Shown here one piece after another: positions 47,456-56,955 of a stretch of DNA of 64,000 nt (positions are counted from its first letter, which is position 1; the number at the start of each line of letters is the position of its first letter). This stretch comes from Candidatus Delongbacteria bacterium (GTDB lineage Bacteria; CAIWAD01). The notes below the pieces were generated by a model, which saw only the letters and a list, made by a program, of their open reading frames with translations, was not told where the DNA came from and made no database searches. A program made the translations under genes and the position numbers. The stretch covers positions 2,336,001-2,400,000 of the forward strand of contig OY760505.1 of NCBI GenBank assembly GCA_963663545.1, read 5' to 3'.

Positions 47456-50400
47456 ATGGGAACTAAAAACAATATTCCCAGAGTCGCGCTGGCAGCCGTG
47501 CCTATCCTGGTCATCCTGACTTTGCTGATGGGGGTAAGGGATGCCAGGGCTCAGGCCACCAATAATACGCTCAACGCTGCTACGCTTGCGTATCTTACTA
47601 CGGGTGGTCCTTACGGCTGGACAGATTTGACAGCAGTAGCGGGAAACATTGACCTGACCGTCACAGATGCTGCCGGCGGTGATTTCGCTACTACCGAAAC
47701 CATTGAGCTCTCTTTACCCAGTTCGAACTACGAATGGGTATTGTCAGAGTGCGTTGTCTCAGAAACCAGCGTGGCCATCACGGGTGTCGCGCTGACTACT
47801 CCGGATGATCAAACACTGCGTTGCACAATCACTGGCGGTCCTTCGATTGCGGCAGAAACTATTGTTTTCAGTGTGCTTGCTGTGCGTCTTGCGTCTACAG
47901 TTGTTGTTGATTTGGATGATACCGGCAACATTGCGATCGCCGGTACGGCCAACCTGAACGGCGACAATTGGACGGCCGGTCTCTTGGCCCTCGAGGGACC
48001 GAGTGTGTCTTTCGACACTCCGGTTGCCAACGGCGCCGACAGCACCGATCTGGCCGATGGCGACGGTGGTTGGGATTTCGATTTCGACTTCACCATTACC
48101 GACGACAACAGCGTGCTGAGCGGCTTTGTGCAGCTCTGGTGGAGCGTGGACTCCGAGTTGGTGCGTGTCACCGACGCGGAAGGTACATTCCGCGCCCTGG
48201 TGGATTCCTCGGGCGTTCCCGTTTTCTACTACACTACCGTAGCTGGCAACAAGACGCCGTCCATCATCACGAGTGGTTTGAACGACTGGGACGTAACCCT
48301 GAATACGGTGGAATACTACGCTTACGCCACTTGCCAGGACTTGGGTGATCAGGCTATCGGACGGGCCGGTCCCATCCGCGTCTTCCACTATCCCACCAAC
48401 GACCTGGATCAGGACGATCCCAACAGCGCCGACACCTCGGTAGACTTTACCAGCAATGATGACGACTACCTGGATAGCGGCCTGCTGCTGGCGGTCGACG
48501 ATGGTACGCAGAACGGTGCCGGTTCCGAGACCGTGACCTGGAGCCTGCAGACCATCGACTTCGATCATAACGCCAACGTGCAGTACTACTACAGCACCAG
48601 CAGTACCCTGACCGAGGCCAACCTCGAGCTGACGGGTGCCTTTGGTACTTACGTAGTTACCGGACTGACGGGAGCTACCGCTATTGTGGATTCCCTGGAA
48701 GAGGACGTTGATCTTTCAACGATTTGGGACATCTACGATAGTGATGACGATTTCGTGCCCGCTGGCGACTATTACATCTATGTGGTGTCCAACGACGGTT
48801 ACCACCAGGATGTGGACGTTTCCAGCGATCGTCTCTTCGTGCGCCACAGTCCGCTGTTGGTGATTGAAGACGCATACACTTTTGACGCTGCAACTGGTTT
48901 GGTTTTTGACTTGCGTCCGGATGTGAACCGCTACTTCAACGTCAACTGGGGTACAACGGTAGCCGGTGATCGCGATCCTGATCAGAACAGCTACATCTCG
49001 TTCTATCTGGATGCAGATACGGACGCTTTGGCTGACTTCAATCAGTCCACGATTACAACCCTGACCAATGCGACCACTCGCGCCGACAACAACATTAGCA
49101 ACGGTGAGCTGATCTATTCCTCTACCATTCGGGAAGATCCGGACCACCAGCTCAACAACAACGTTGACATCGACATGTGGGCATGGGATGAGACACTGCG
49201 TGCCAGTATCAACACTCGTGTTGCTGCTGCCGACAACCTTGTCCTGTACGGCATCATCACCAGTGGTACGCTCTCCCGTATTTGCACCTACGCCAGCGTT
49301 GACGCGAATTACGTCGTCACTGCTGCGGAGGACCTGACGGGTGCCCTGCTGACATGTAACAACGCGCCGGACGCCTTTGTCGTCAACCCGCCTGATCTGG
49401 GTGGCTTTGTCGGCTGGGGTGAGTCCTATCGTGTTTCCTGGGAATTTGCTTGGGACTTTGGTGAAGCTGCTGGTGCGCAGGACATTACCCTCTTCCTGGG
49501 TGATGTGGACATGCGTGGCGAGAGCACCTTCGATGGAACCTATGGTACGGGTGTGGTTGGTTTGGCCGACCTCTCCAACGACCTTTGGGTGATCAACTCC
49601 ACCGACGGTACGGTTGGTAACGAGGTGCAAATTGCTGGAGCCTCCATCGACGGTTCCTACGATTTCCGTCCCGACCTGATGACGGGTAACTCCATCGGTG
49701 GCGCTCAGTCGCTTGCTGCTGCCATGACCAACGAGGGTGAGTACTACGTTTACTTGGTGATCAATCAGAACGGTGCCGGTATCGCGCCGGATGATGCCGA
49801 CATCGTCTTCCAGGCACCGGGTAGCCTTTCCATCACTAGTGAAACCGGTCCCACCGAGTTCGGCTACCGCGTGTTGCCGTACAACGTGACCGTTGTCGAG
49901 GCCGATACTGTGACTTTCAGCATCTACCCGAATTCCGGTGTAGCTACCGCTGAAGTAGCCGCTGTCTTCATGGCCATCGATACCACTTACTGGGATCTGG
50001 TAACGCCGAGTGCGCCCTTTACCGTGAACACCACCAACTTCAGCTCTTCGCTTGTTGTCGAGAACAGCAACGATCAGGGCAACGTGAGTGGCGGACACCA
50101 CCATCTGAACTTCGTGTACGGAGCCAGTGGTAGTGCCATTGCCAACCTGGACGGTGGTACGAACGAGCTTTGCACTCTGGCGCTGGTTGCCAAGCGTAGT
50201 GGTATGGACGGTATGTTTGATCCTGTCTTTGCCGAGATGTTCTTCGAGCAGGACTTGACCAACGACCGTTACACCTGCTTCTACAACGGTGGTGCCAATC
50301 CCATGCCGGTGTCGGTGCAGATGCCTGCTGCCCGTGCGGAGAGTTATCCCCGTGGTGAGCTGCAGGGCAACGTTCAGCTTGAAGGCGTTGGCTCGAGTGG

Positions 50401-51643
50401 TTATGCGGGTCTGGTAGCCAACATCGACGTACGTCCTTCCGGTGCCGCCCACGGCGTGGATCATTGGGACGCGCTCTTTGCCGCCAACAATGACGACGAT
50501 ACCACCACCCCGGGTCTCCAGGTGAATCTGGATGCCTACGGCCATTATCACCTGACCTACGTGCCCAATGGTGAGTACGATGTGACAGTGCGCGTTGACG
50601 GTTGGGTCTCTGGTGCCATTGATGCTGTCGTGCAACACGGTGACCATCTTGGTGATGTCGATCCCGTTTGGGAAGACCTCATTACCCAGAATGATATCAC
50701 ACTCTATCGTCCGCTACTGCCAGCCGGTGACTGCGCGGGTTACACCGACAGCACGGGTACGGTTCGTCCGGACAATCAGATCGACGCGACCGACCTGACC
50801 GCTGTGAAGAACGCGTACAACACCGAGCCCGACAGCAGCGATTGGAACGTTCTGTGCGACTTCAATCGTGACAATCTCATCTACATTGATGATCTGAACC
50901 TGGTGAACTCCAACATTGGTGAGGTTGGTGTGCCGCTGGTCTACCGTGAGGGTGGCCTGGAGAACATCAACACCGAGTTCAAGATCAACGATCTGCCCGA
51001 GACGGTTGCTGCTGGTGAAGAAGTCGAGGTCGTGGTTGAGCTGCTGCATGCGGCAGACGTTCGCGCCTTTGACGTTCGCGTGCAAATTCCCGGCTTCCAG
51101 GTGATCTCTGCTGAGAATCACATGCTGCTGGGCAACTACAGCCGTGCGGACTACATCAATCGTACCGATGGCAGTACCTACTTGCTGGCTGGCGCCGTCC
51201 GGGGTCACAGCGAGTTGGGCTATGCCGGCAACGGCGAGCTTGTCACCCTGCGCCTGCGCGCTACTCGTGACATGAGCGTCAATGTCCAGATCACCAACGG
51301 TGACGTCATTAACACCAGCAACGAGCTGGCCCACGCCGCGCTGAACAACGACGCGGTGCTGCCCGCCAACTACATGCTGGGTAATGCCTATCCGAACCCC
51401 TTCAACCCGACTACGCATATCGATTTCGAGTTGCCGCAGAACGACTTTGTCCGCCTTGCGGTCTACAACATGCTGGGTCAGGAAGTGGCTGTGCTGGTTA
51501 ATGAGGAGATGACCGCCGGTCGCTACCAGGTTAGTTGGGATGGTCTGAACAAGAACCACGTGCGCGTTGCTTCCGGTCTCTATGTCTATCGCATCGAGGC
51601 TGGTAACTTCAACCAGGCGCACAAGATGATTCTGATGAAATAG
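47456..51643 (+). CDS. Large acidic secreted surface protein with cohesin-like, dockerin-like and T9SS C-terminal (FlgD/Por) domains
   Basis: Signal peptide ending ARA|Q; D/T/N-rich beta modules; dockerin-like GD...DNQIDATDL...DFNRDNLIYIDDL; cohesin-like segments; CTD NAYPNPFNPTT...YNMLGQEV...WDG...ASGLYVY...KMILMK. Confidence 0.85.
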   Translation: MGTKNNIPRVALAAVPILVILTLLMGVRDARAQATNNTLNAATLAYLTTGGPYGWTDLTAVAGNIDLTVTDAAGGDFATTETIELSLPSSNYEWVLSECVVSETSVAITGVALTTPDDQTLRCTITGGPSIAAETIVFSVLAVRLASTVVVDLDDTGNIAIAGTANLNGDNWTAGLLALEGPSVSFDTPVANGADSTDLADGDGGWDFDFDFTITDDNSVLSGFVQLWWSVDSELVRVTDAEGTFRALVDSSGVPVFYYTTVAGNKTPSIITSGLNDWDVTLNTVEYYAYATCQDLGDQAIGRAGPIRVFHYPTNDLDQDDPNSADTSVDFTSNDDDYLDSGLLLAVDDGTQNGAGSETVTWSLQTIDFDHNANVQYYYSTSSTLTEANLELTGAFGTYVVTGLTGATAIVDSLEEDVDLSTIWDIYDSDDDFVPAGDYYIYVVSNDGYHQDVDVSSDRLFVRHSPLLVIEDAYTFDAATGLVFDLRPDVNRYFNVNWGTTVAGDRDPDQNSYISFYLDADTDALADFNQSTITTLTNATTRADNNISNGELIYSSTIREDPDHQLNNNVDIDMWAWDETLRASINTRVAAADNLVLYGIITSGTLSRICTYASVDANYVVTAAEDLTGALLTCNNAPDAFVVNPPDLGGFVGWGESYRVSWEFAWDFGEAAGAQDITLFLGDVDMRGESTFDGTYGTGVVGLADLSNDLWVINSTDGTVGNEVQIAGASIDGSYDFRPDLMTGNSIGGAQSLAAAMTNEGEYYVYLVINQNGAGIAPDDADIVFQAPGSLSITSETGPTEFGYRVLPYNVTVVEADTVTFSIYPNSGVATAEVAAVFMAIDTTYWDLVTPSAPFTVNTTNFSSSLVVENSNDQGNVSGGHHHLNFVYGASGSAIANLDGGTNELCTLALVAKRSGMDGMFDPVFAEMFFEQDLTNDRYTCFYNGGANPMPVSVQMPAARAESYPRGELQGNVQLEGVGSSGYAGLVANIDVRPSGAAHGVDHWDALFAANNDDDTTTPGLQVNLDAYGHYHLTYVPNGEYDVTVRVDGWVSGAIDAVVQHGDHLGDVDPVWEDLITQNDITLYRPLLPAGDCAGYTDSTGTVRPDNQIDATDLTAVKNAYNTEPDSSDWNVLCDFNRDNLIYIDDLNLVNSNIGEVGVPLVYREGGLENINTEFKINDLPETVAAGEEVEVVVELLHAADVRAFDVRVQIPGFQVISAENHMLLGNYSRADYINRTDGSTYLLAGAVRGHSELGYAGNGELVTLRLRATRDMSVNVQITNGDVINTSNELAHAALNNDAVLPANYMLGNAYPNPFNPTTHIDFELPQNDFVRLAVYNMLGQEVAVLVNEEMTAGRYQVSWDGLNKNHVRVASGLYVYRIEAGNFNQAHKMILMK

Positions 51644-51676
51644 AATCCTCTTTTAGGACGAAACAGAAGCATCGAG

Positions 51677-51713
51677 GCCGACCCGGTTCGTAAGAGCCGG
51701 GTCGGTTTATTTT
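51677..51713 (+). terminator. Rho-independent terminator
   Basis: GCCGACCCGGTTC-gtaa-GAGCCGGGTCGGT then TTATTTT. Confidence 0.8.
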
Positions 51714-51837
51714 GAGGTCAGTGCATCGATCGCGGGAATCGCAGGCTGATGTTGGTGATACACAGGCGAGCACGCAGGATTTGCTACCTTGCTTTCATCA
51801 AGGACGGTGATACACTTCTTAGCCCGCCTGGAGGACA

Positions 51838-52980
51838 ATGACTACTCCCGCAAGCGATCATAGCGGATTCATCGAGCGCAGCCTGGCGCAACACGCAATG
51901 GCAGGAGCGAACTTCCGCTTGGAGCCTATGGCTGGCGGTGGCAGCGATCGTCGCATGACTCGCGTGATCCATCCTGCGGGGAGCTGGGTGCTGGTTGAGA
52001 ATCCATCGCCACAGCAAGGTGAGCGTGGCCTGTGCGAGAACGACAGCTTTCTCTATGTCGCAGGACTTCTTAGCCGTGCGGGCTGTTATGGACCTGACGT
52101 AATGGCCGACGATCTTGCGAACGGTCGCTATTTGGTCGAGGATCTGGGCGACCAGCATTTACTGGATGAAGTGGAGGCCAGCGGTCATCCGGTGTGCAAC
52201 CCGATCCGTTCGCAGGAGCTGCTGTTTCCCGCTGTTGCTAACGCTGGCTACGAAATGCCGCCGGAAAGGGCGTCTCAGCTTCTGGAGCTGTATGCACCCG
52301 TATTGCGTGATCTGGCGCAGATGCAACACGCATTGCGCGAGAGTTTTGATCCATCGCGCGTGCACAACAAGCCTTATGATTTCGAGTTGATGACCGTCTG
52401 GGAGTCGGGCTATTTTCGGGAGCGGTGTGTCACAAATTTGGCCACCGTAACACACGATGCGGAGTACTTGCAGCGCGAGTTCAAGGAGCTGGCGAACAAA
52501 GTACTGGAGCTGGATTGCGAGCATTTTCTCTATCGCGATTTTCAGTCGACCAATATTCTGCTGCACGAGGGGCGTGCGCGCTACATCGATTTTCAGGGCG
52601 CTCGTAAAGGGCCAGCGCAGTACGACCTGGCTTCCCTGCTCTGTGATCCATATGCAGCCTTGCCCGCTGCGCTGCGCAGCGATCTGTTTGAAGTCTACGT
52701 GCGCGCGGCGCTCGAATTGAAGTTGATTGACGAGGAAGCCTTCCGGCGTGGTTGGCCGCTTGTGGCTGTGCATCGCGTGATGCAGGCCTTGGGCGCTTAC
52801 GGTTTGTTGTCTGTGGTCAAGGGCAAACGGCAGTTCCTGCTGCATCTGCCTGTTGCTACGCGCACCTTGAACGAACTGCTGGAAGAACCTGAACTGAGGT
52901 GTTACGCAGAGTTGCGTCGTGTTGGCGAAGCACTGCAGTACTGGATTGAGGCGGGTGGATTGGCATCATGGCTGGAGTAG
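51838..52980 (+). CDS. amgK: Anomeric MurNAc/GlcNAc kinase (APH/AmgK family)
   Basis: GGSDRR, EDLGD, LYRDFQSTN, IDFQGA..GP..YDLASLL, QALGAYG; murU-like gene in the same operon. Confidence 0.8.
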   Translation: MTTPASDHSGFIERSLAQHAMAGANFRLEPMAGGGSDRRMTRVIHPAGSWVLVENPSPQQGERGLCENDSFLYVAGLLSRAGCYGPDVMADDLANGRYLVEDLGDQHLLDEVEASGHPVCNPIRSQELLFPAVANAGYEMPPERASQLLELYAPVLRDLAQMQHALRESFDPSRVHNKPYDFELMTVWESGYFRERCVTNLATVTHDAEYLQREFKELANKVLELDCEHFLYRDFQSTNILLHEGRARYIDFQGARKGPAQYDLASLLCDPYAALPAALRSDLFEVYVRAALELKLIDEEAFRRGWPLVAVHRVMQALGAYGLLSVVKGKRQFLLHLPVATRTLNELLEEPELRCYAELRRVGEALQYWIEAGGLASWLE

Positions 52981-54953
52981 CACGCTTCGTTTTTACAGGT
53001 GGTGGTTCTGGAGGACATGTGTATCCCGGACTGGCTGTAGCACGTGAGCTACGCCGCCAGGGGCACAGCGTCTCATGGATCGGCACACGCGGGCGTTCTG
53101 AGGAGCGCATTCTTGCCCGCGAGGAGGGAATTCCCCTTTACTTCGCACCAAGTACAGGTTTTCCAGGCAAGCGGCCACTGCCGCTGTTGCACTTTGCCCT
53201 GGTGCTGTTCTGGGGTTGTCTAGCGGCCACGGTACATCTGCTGCGACTTCGGCCGCAGGTGGTCTTTGCCGCTGGCGGATTTGCCAGTGCGCCTACGGTC
53301 TTTGCGGCAGCCTTCTTGCGCCGCGCATTTTTGCTGAAGTGCCGCATTCTGCTGCACGAACAGAATGTATCACCGGGACTACTGAACCGCGTTGCTGCCA
53401 GACTAGCCGATCGTTGCGCCTTGACTTTTCCGGGTCAGTGCCCTGGAATTGATTCTTCGCGCTGTATCACGAGTGGCTATCCCGTTCGTGGCGATCTGGA
53501 TCCGCTTCCGGATCGTGCCCAAGCCTGCAAGCGCTTAGGACTTGATCCACAGAAGCCTGTTGTCTTTTTCTTTGGTGGGTCGCAAGGCGCACGCAGCATC
53601 AACCGGGCTGTCTATGAGTTGTTGCCCGATCTCGTCCACCAACAAGTCCAGGTGATACACGCATACGGCACGGCAGATGGCACTGCTTACAGCGCCGATC
53701 GCGAGCATCAGGCGGCACTGACGCGTCTGCAGGAGCAGCTCGGAGCACCTGTACTGAAGCAATTCTATGTAGCACGAGAGTACTTCTTTGATATTCGTGA
53801 CTGCTATGCGGCGTCGGATCTGGTTGCCTGTCGCGCTGGTGCGGGAAGCATCTTTGAAGTGCTGGGAAGTGGCCTGGCGGCAATTCTGCTGCCAAAGATG
53901 GGCTTGCCCGGCGATCACCAGGTGCGCAACGCCCGTCGCGTGGAACAACAGCAGGCCGCCAGATTGATTCTGGAAGAGCCACGCGTTTGCCCCGAAGGCA
54001 TCGTGGCTGGTATCGACGCCAAGTTGCTACTTGCGTGTATCACAGATCTATTGCAGAACAAACAAGCAACGGCACAAATATGTAAACGTGCGCGCGACTT
54101 GTATCACAGTGATGCACTGAAAGTGTTGTTGAAGCTGTCCTTGCAGGCTGCGGAGGATACGCTACCGGCCGCCGCCATTCGCAAGGCAGAGGATGCAAAA
54201 AGCGACCAGCTAAGTGAGATGTCCGATCTCGCGTTGCTTCGGCAGGCACAAAGAACAGATCTGGACGAGTCCCAACTGGCTTATCTTCGCTATCGCTGCG
54301 GCGCCGCGCTGGGATCGGCCAATTGGTCACGGCGTAATACAGGCATCAAACTGGCGGGGGCCCTCCGGCTGGAGAGCGCATTGCCACTGTTGCTGCATCT
54401 GGCGCGTGATCCGCGCAAACCTGCCTTTGCAAAGCGCCTGTTTGGCGAACGGCGCTATCAGAACGGCTTCATAAGGCGCAATCTGGCTGGCAGCTTCGGC
54501 GAAATCGGCTCTGTCAACGGTGACGTTTGCAGGTGCCTGGAAGAAATGCTGGATGACGGCTACTGGGAAGTCCGCGTTGCCGCCATCGAGAGCCTGGCGA
54601 AGCTGGGCTGTGATACACCGGGCGAGCGTGCCCGCGCCCACCTGCAGCGCTTTCTGCGCAAAGGCAATTTTGAAGAACAGCAGGCGGCCATCAAATGGTG
54701 GCTGGTGACGGATTCTGCCAGCAAGTGGCGTGATACACTAATGCCACTGCTGAATCACGTCAATAGCAAAGTGCGTGAGCAGGCGGTGCTGGCTCTGCTG
54801 GAACTCGTGCGCTGCGGTCGTTTACCGGGCGATGAAGTCCGTCCGATTCTGGAGGATGTGCTGGTTACCTCCACGCGATTTACACCCTGCTTTCCCCTGA
54901 AACAGAGCATGCGGGATCTTGCCCGCGTCATCGAGGAGCAAGAGCAATGCTGA
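52968..54953 (+). CDS. murG: MurG glycosyltransferase fused to a C-terminal HEAT-repeat domain
   Basis: GGGSGGHVYPG, HEQN, GYPVR, GGSQGA, RAGA...E, HQVRNA, followed by ~260 aa with HEAT-like units (YWEVRVAAIESLAKL, SKVREQAVLAL). Confidence 0.85.
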   Translation: MAGVARFVFTGGGSGGHVYPGLAVARELRRQGHSVSWIGTRGRSEERILAREEGIPLYFAPSTGFPGKRPLPLLHFALVLFWGCLAATVHLLRLRPQVVFAAGGFASAPTVFAAAFLRRAFLLKCRILLHEQNVSPGLLNRVAARLADRCALTFPGQCPGIDSSRCITSGYPVRGDLDPLPDRAQACKRLGLDPQKPVVFFFGGSQGARSINRAVYELLPDLVHQQVQVIHAYGTADGTAYSADREHQAALTRLQEQLGAPVLKQFYVAREYFFDIRDCYAASDLVACRAGAGSIFEVLGSGLAAILLPKMGLPGDHQVRNARRVEQQQAARLILEEPRVCPEGIVAGIDAKLLLACITDLLQNKQATAQICKRARDLYHSDALKVLLKLSLQAAEDTLPAAAIRKAEDAKSDQLSEMSDLALLRQAQRTDLDESQLAYLRYRCGAALGSANWSRRNTGIKLAGALRLESALPLLLHLARDPRKPAFAKRLFGERRYQNGFIRRNLAGSFGEIGSVNGDVCRCLEEMLDDGYWEVRVAAIESLAKLGCDTPGERARAHLQRFLRKGNFEEQQAAIKWWLVTDSASKWRDTLMPLLNHVNSKVREQAVLALLELVRCGRLPGDEVRPILEDVLVTSTRFTPCFPLKQSMRDLARVIEEQEQC

Positions 54954-56053
54954 AGTGGTTGGCCGATCTGTTGCGGGAGGATCTGGCGGGTCCGGGCTTC
55001 CTGCGTCTGTTCAGCTACCTCTCATTCCGGACCGTCATGGCGGCTATGACGACCTTCTCGCTTAGCCTGCTGCTAGGCTCGCGCCTGATTCGCGTGTTAC
55101 ACCGCAAGCGCATGCGCGATGTTGTCGAGGACTACGGAATCGTCGATGTCTCCAACAAACGCGGCACACCGACTATGGGCGGCCTGATCATCATTGCTGC
55201 GCTTTCCGTCGGCTACCTGCTGTGGTGTCAGTTCGACAGTCCCTTTGCCTGGGCTGGACTTGCCGCGCTCTTCTGGTTCGGCGGCATCGGCTTTCTGGAC
55301 GACTACATGAAGATCCGCGGCGGGGGTGGAGCCGCGGGCCTCTCGCAGAGCGCCAAGTTGCTGCTGCAGACCCTGTTCGCGGTCATTTTTGCCGCCTGGC
55401 TGATGTCCGACTATTCGCCTCTGCCGCTTGGAATGCGCACGCACATCTGGCTGCCCTTCGTCAAGTATCCCATTCTGGATCTCGGTTGGGCCTTCGGCGC
55501 TTTCGTGGTATTCGTGGTGCTGGCGGTCAGCAACAGCGTGAATTTCGCCGACGGTATGGATGGCCTGGCTACCGTACCGACAGCCATCAGCTTCACGGTC
55601 TATGCTATTTTTGCCTATGTCATTGGCAATGCGAATTACAGCCAGTACCTGCAGTTCGATTACATCCACGGCGTGGGTGAACTCACGGTGCTTAGCGGCG
55701 CGGTCATCGGTGCCTGTCTGGGCTTCCTCTGGTACAACTTCTTTCCGGCACAGGTCTTCATGGGCGACACCGGGTCGATGGCTCTGGGGGGCGTGCTGGC
55801 TACCCTCATCATCTTGCTGAAGCAGGAATTCCTCTTTCTCATCGTCGGCGGAGTTTTCGTGGTGGAGGGCGCCTCGGTGCTCATCCAGGAGAAAATCGGC
55901 ATCAAATGGCTGGGGCGCCGCATCTTTTACCGCGCGCCCATACATCACACATTCGAGCATCGTGGCGTCGCGGAGACTAAAGTGGTCATTCGCTTCTGGA
56001 TCATCGCACTGATTCTGGGCTTTGTCGGATTGCTGTCGCTGAAAATCCGATAA
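54947..56053 (+). CDS. mraY: Phospho-N-acetylmuramoyl-pentapeptide transferase
   Basis: KRGTPTMGG, GFLDDY, NFADGMDGLA, FMGDTGS, APIHHTFE, RFWII, KIR C-terminus. Confidence 0.93.
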   Translation: MLKWLADLLREDLAGPGFLRLFSYLSFRTVMAAMTTFSLSLLLGSRLIRVLHRKRMRDVVEDYGIVDVSNKRGTPTMGGLIIIAALSVGYLLWCQFDSPFAWAGLAALFWFGGIGFLDDYMKIRGGGGAAGLSQSAKLLLQTLFAVIFAAWLMSDYSPLPLGMRTHIWLPFVKYPILDLGWAFGAFVVFVVLAVSNSVNFADGMDGLATVPTAISFTVYAIFAYVIGNANYSQYLQFDYIHGVGELTVLSGAVIGACLGFLWYNFFPAQVFMGDTGSMALGGVLATLIILLKQEFLFLIVGGVFVVEGASVLIQEKIGIKWLGRRIFYRAPIHHTFEHRGVAETKVVIRFWIIALILGFVGLLSLKIR

Positions 56054-56064
56054 CCGGGACGACA

Positions 56065-56955
56065 ATGAACGGAATCTTGCTTGCTGCCGGCCATGGCACT
56101 CGTCTTCGCCCACTTACGCTGGTACGGCCCAAACCGCTTGTACCCCTTCACGGCATTCCGCTGCTGGACTTCGGTTTGCGACAATTGCGAAAGGCCGGTT
56201 GCTCGCACATTGCAATCAACGCTCATCATCTAGCACCACAGGTTCAGGCCTGGGCGGACGAGCAGCGGACCCTGTTTCCGGAGTTGAATCTTCGCGTGGT
56301 ATTCGAGGAGAAGATTCTGGGAGTGGGTGGCGGATTGCGTAATCTGCTGCAGCATCTACCGCCGGGTCCCGTGCTGGTGCAGAATGGCGATGTAATTCAT
56401 GATTTCAATTTGGCAAGGCTTGCCAAGGAGCACGCGGCATCCGGCGCCGAGCTGAGCCTGGTGCTTTCCGGGCAGCCGCATGTGCTTCAGTTTGAAGCTG
56501 GGCAGGTGCTGGGCTTTCGACACTCCGCAAAGGCAAATCGAGGTTTCACCGGCATTCATTTGCTGAGCGAGCCCATGCGCCGACGTGTGGAAAAGTGGTC
56601 ACAGCCGGACATTATTCCGTGCTACGAAGCAGCACTACGCGATGGCGTCGGCATCCGCGGAGCCGATGAGCCTTTGGGCCTTTGGGTGGACATCGGTCGC
56701 ATTGGCGATTACCTGAGTTTGCATCAGAGCTTGTGGATGAATTCGGCTTATCGGAACCTGCTGGGGCATTTGGCACTAAGCGCTCGCTTTGACGCGGAAA
56801 GCGGTCTAAGTATCGGGGAAGGTAGCCAGCTTTTAGGGCCTGGGCATAATTCCGTAGTCTGGACCAATGCAGAGTGGCGAGGGGAATTGGTGGACTCCTG
56901 CGTACTGGATGGAGTTGTTTGCCAAGGAAATGCGAAAGAGGAAATCATACTGTGA
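56065..56955 (+). CDS. murU: Nucleotidyltransferase, probable MurNAc-1-P uridylyltransferase
   Basis: LAAGHGTRLRPLT..RPKPL, INAHHL, GGGL, NGD, FTGI, WVDIG; amgK in the same operon. Confidence 0.72.
   Translation: MNGILLAAGHGTRLRPLTLVRPKPLVPLHGIPLLDFGLRQLRKAGCSHIAINAHHLAPQVQAWADEQRTLFPELNLRVVFEEKILGVGGGLRNLLQHLPPGPVLVQNGDVIHDFNLARLAKEHAASGAELSLVLSGQPHVLQFEAGQVLGFRHSAKANRGFTGIHLLSEPMRRRVEKWSQPDIIPCYEAALRDGVGIRGADEPLGLWVDIGRIGDYLSLHQSLWMNSAYRNLLGHLALSARFDAESGLSIGEGSQLLGPGHNSVVWTNAEWRGELVDSCVLDGVVCQGNAKEEIIL

Noticed and set aside
48716..50647. 643-aa minus-strand ORF (also 50714-51622 and 47759-48568)
   Set aside because: Antisense shadows of the strongly codon-biased surface-protein gene; no recognisable motifs.
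51754..51814. Direct repeat GGTGATACAC twice upstream of amgK as a specific operator
   Set aside because: Cannot be distinguished from the window-wide iterated motif.
55097..56113. 338-aa minus-strand ORF; likewise 16870-17805, 45200-45988, 43646-44392 and the plus-strand 46249-46863
   Set aside because: Each overlaps a well-supported gene on the opposite strand and has no independent support.
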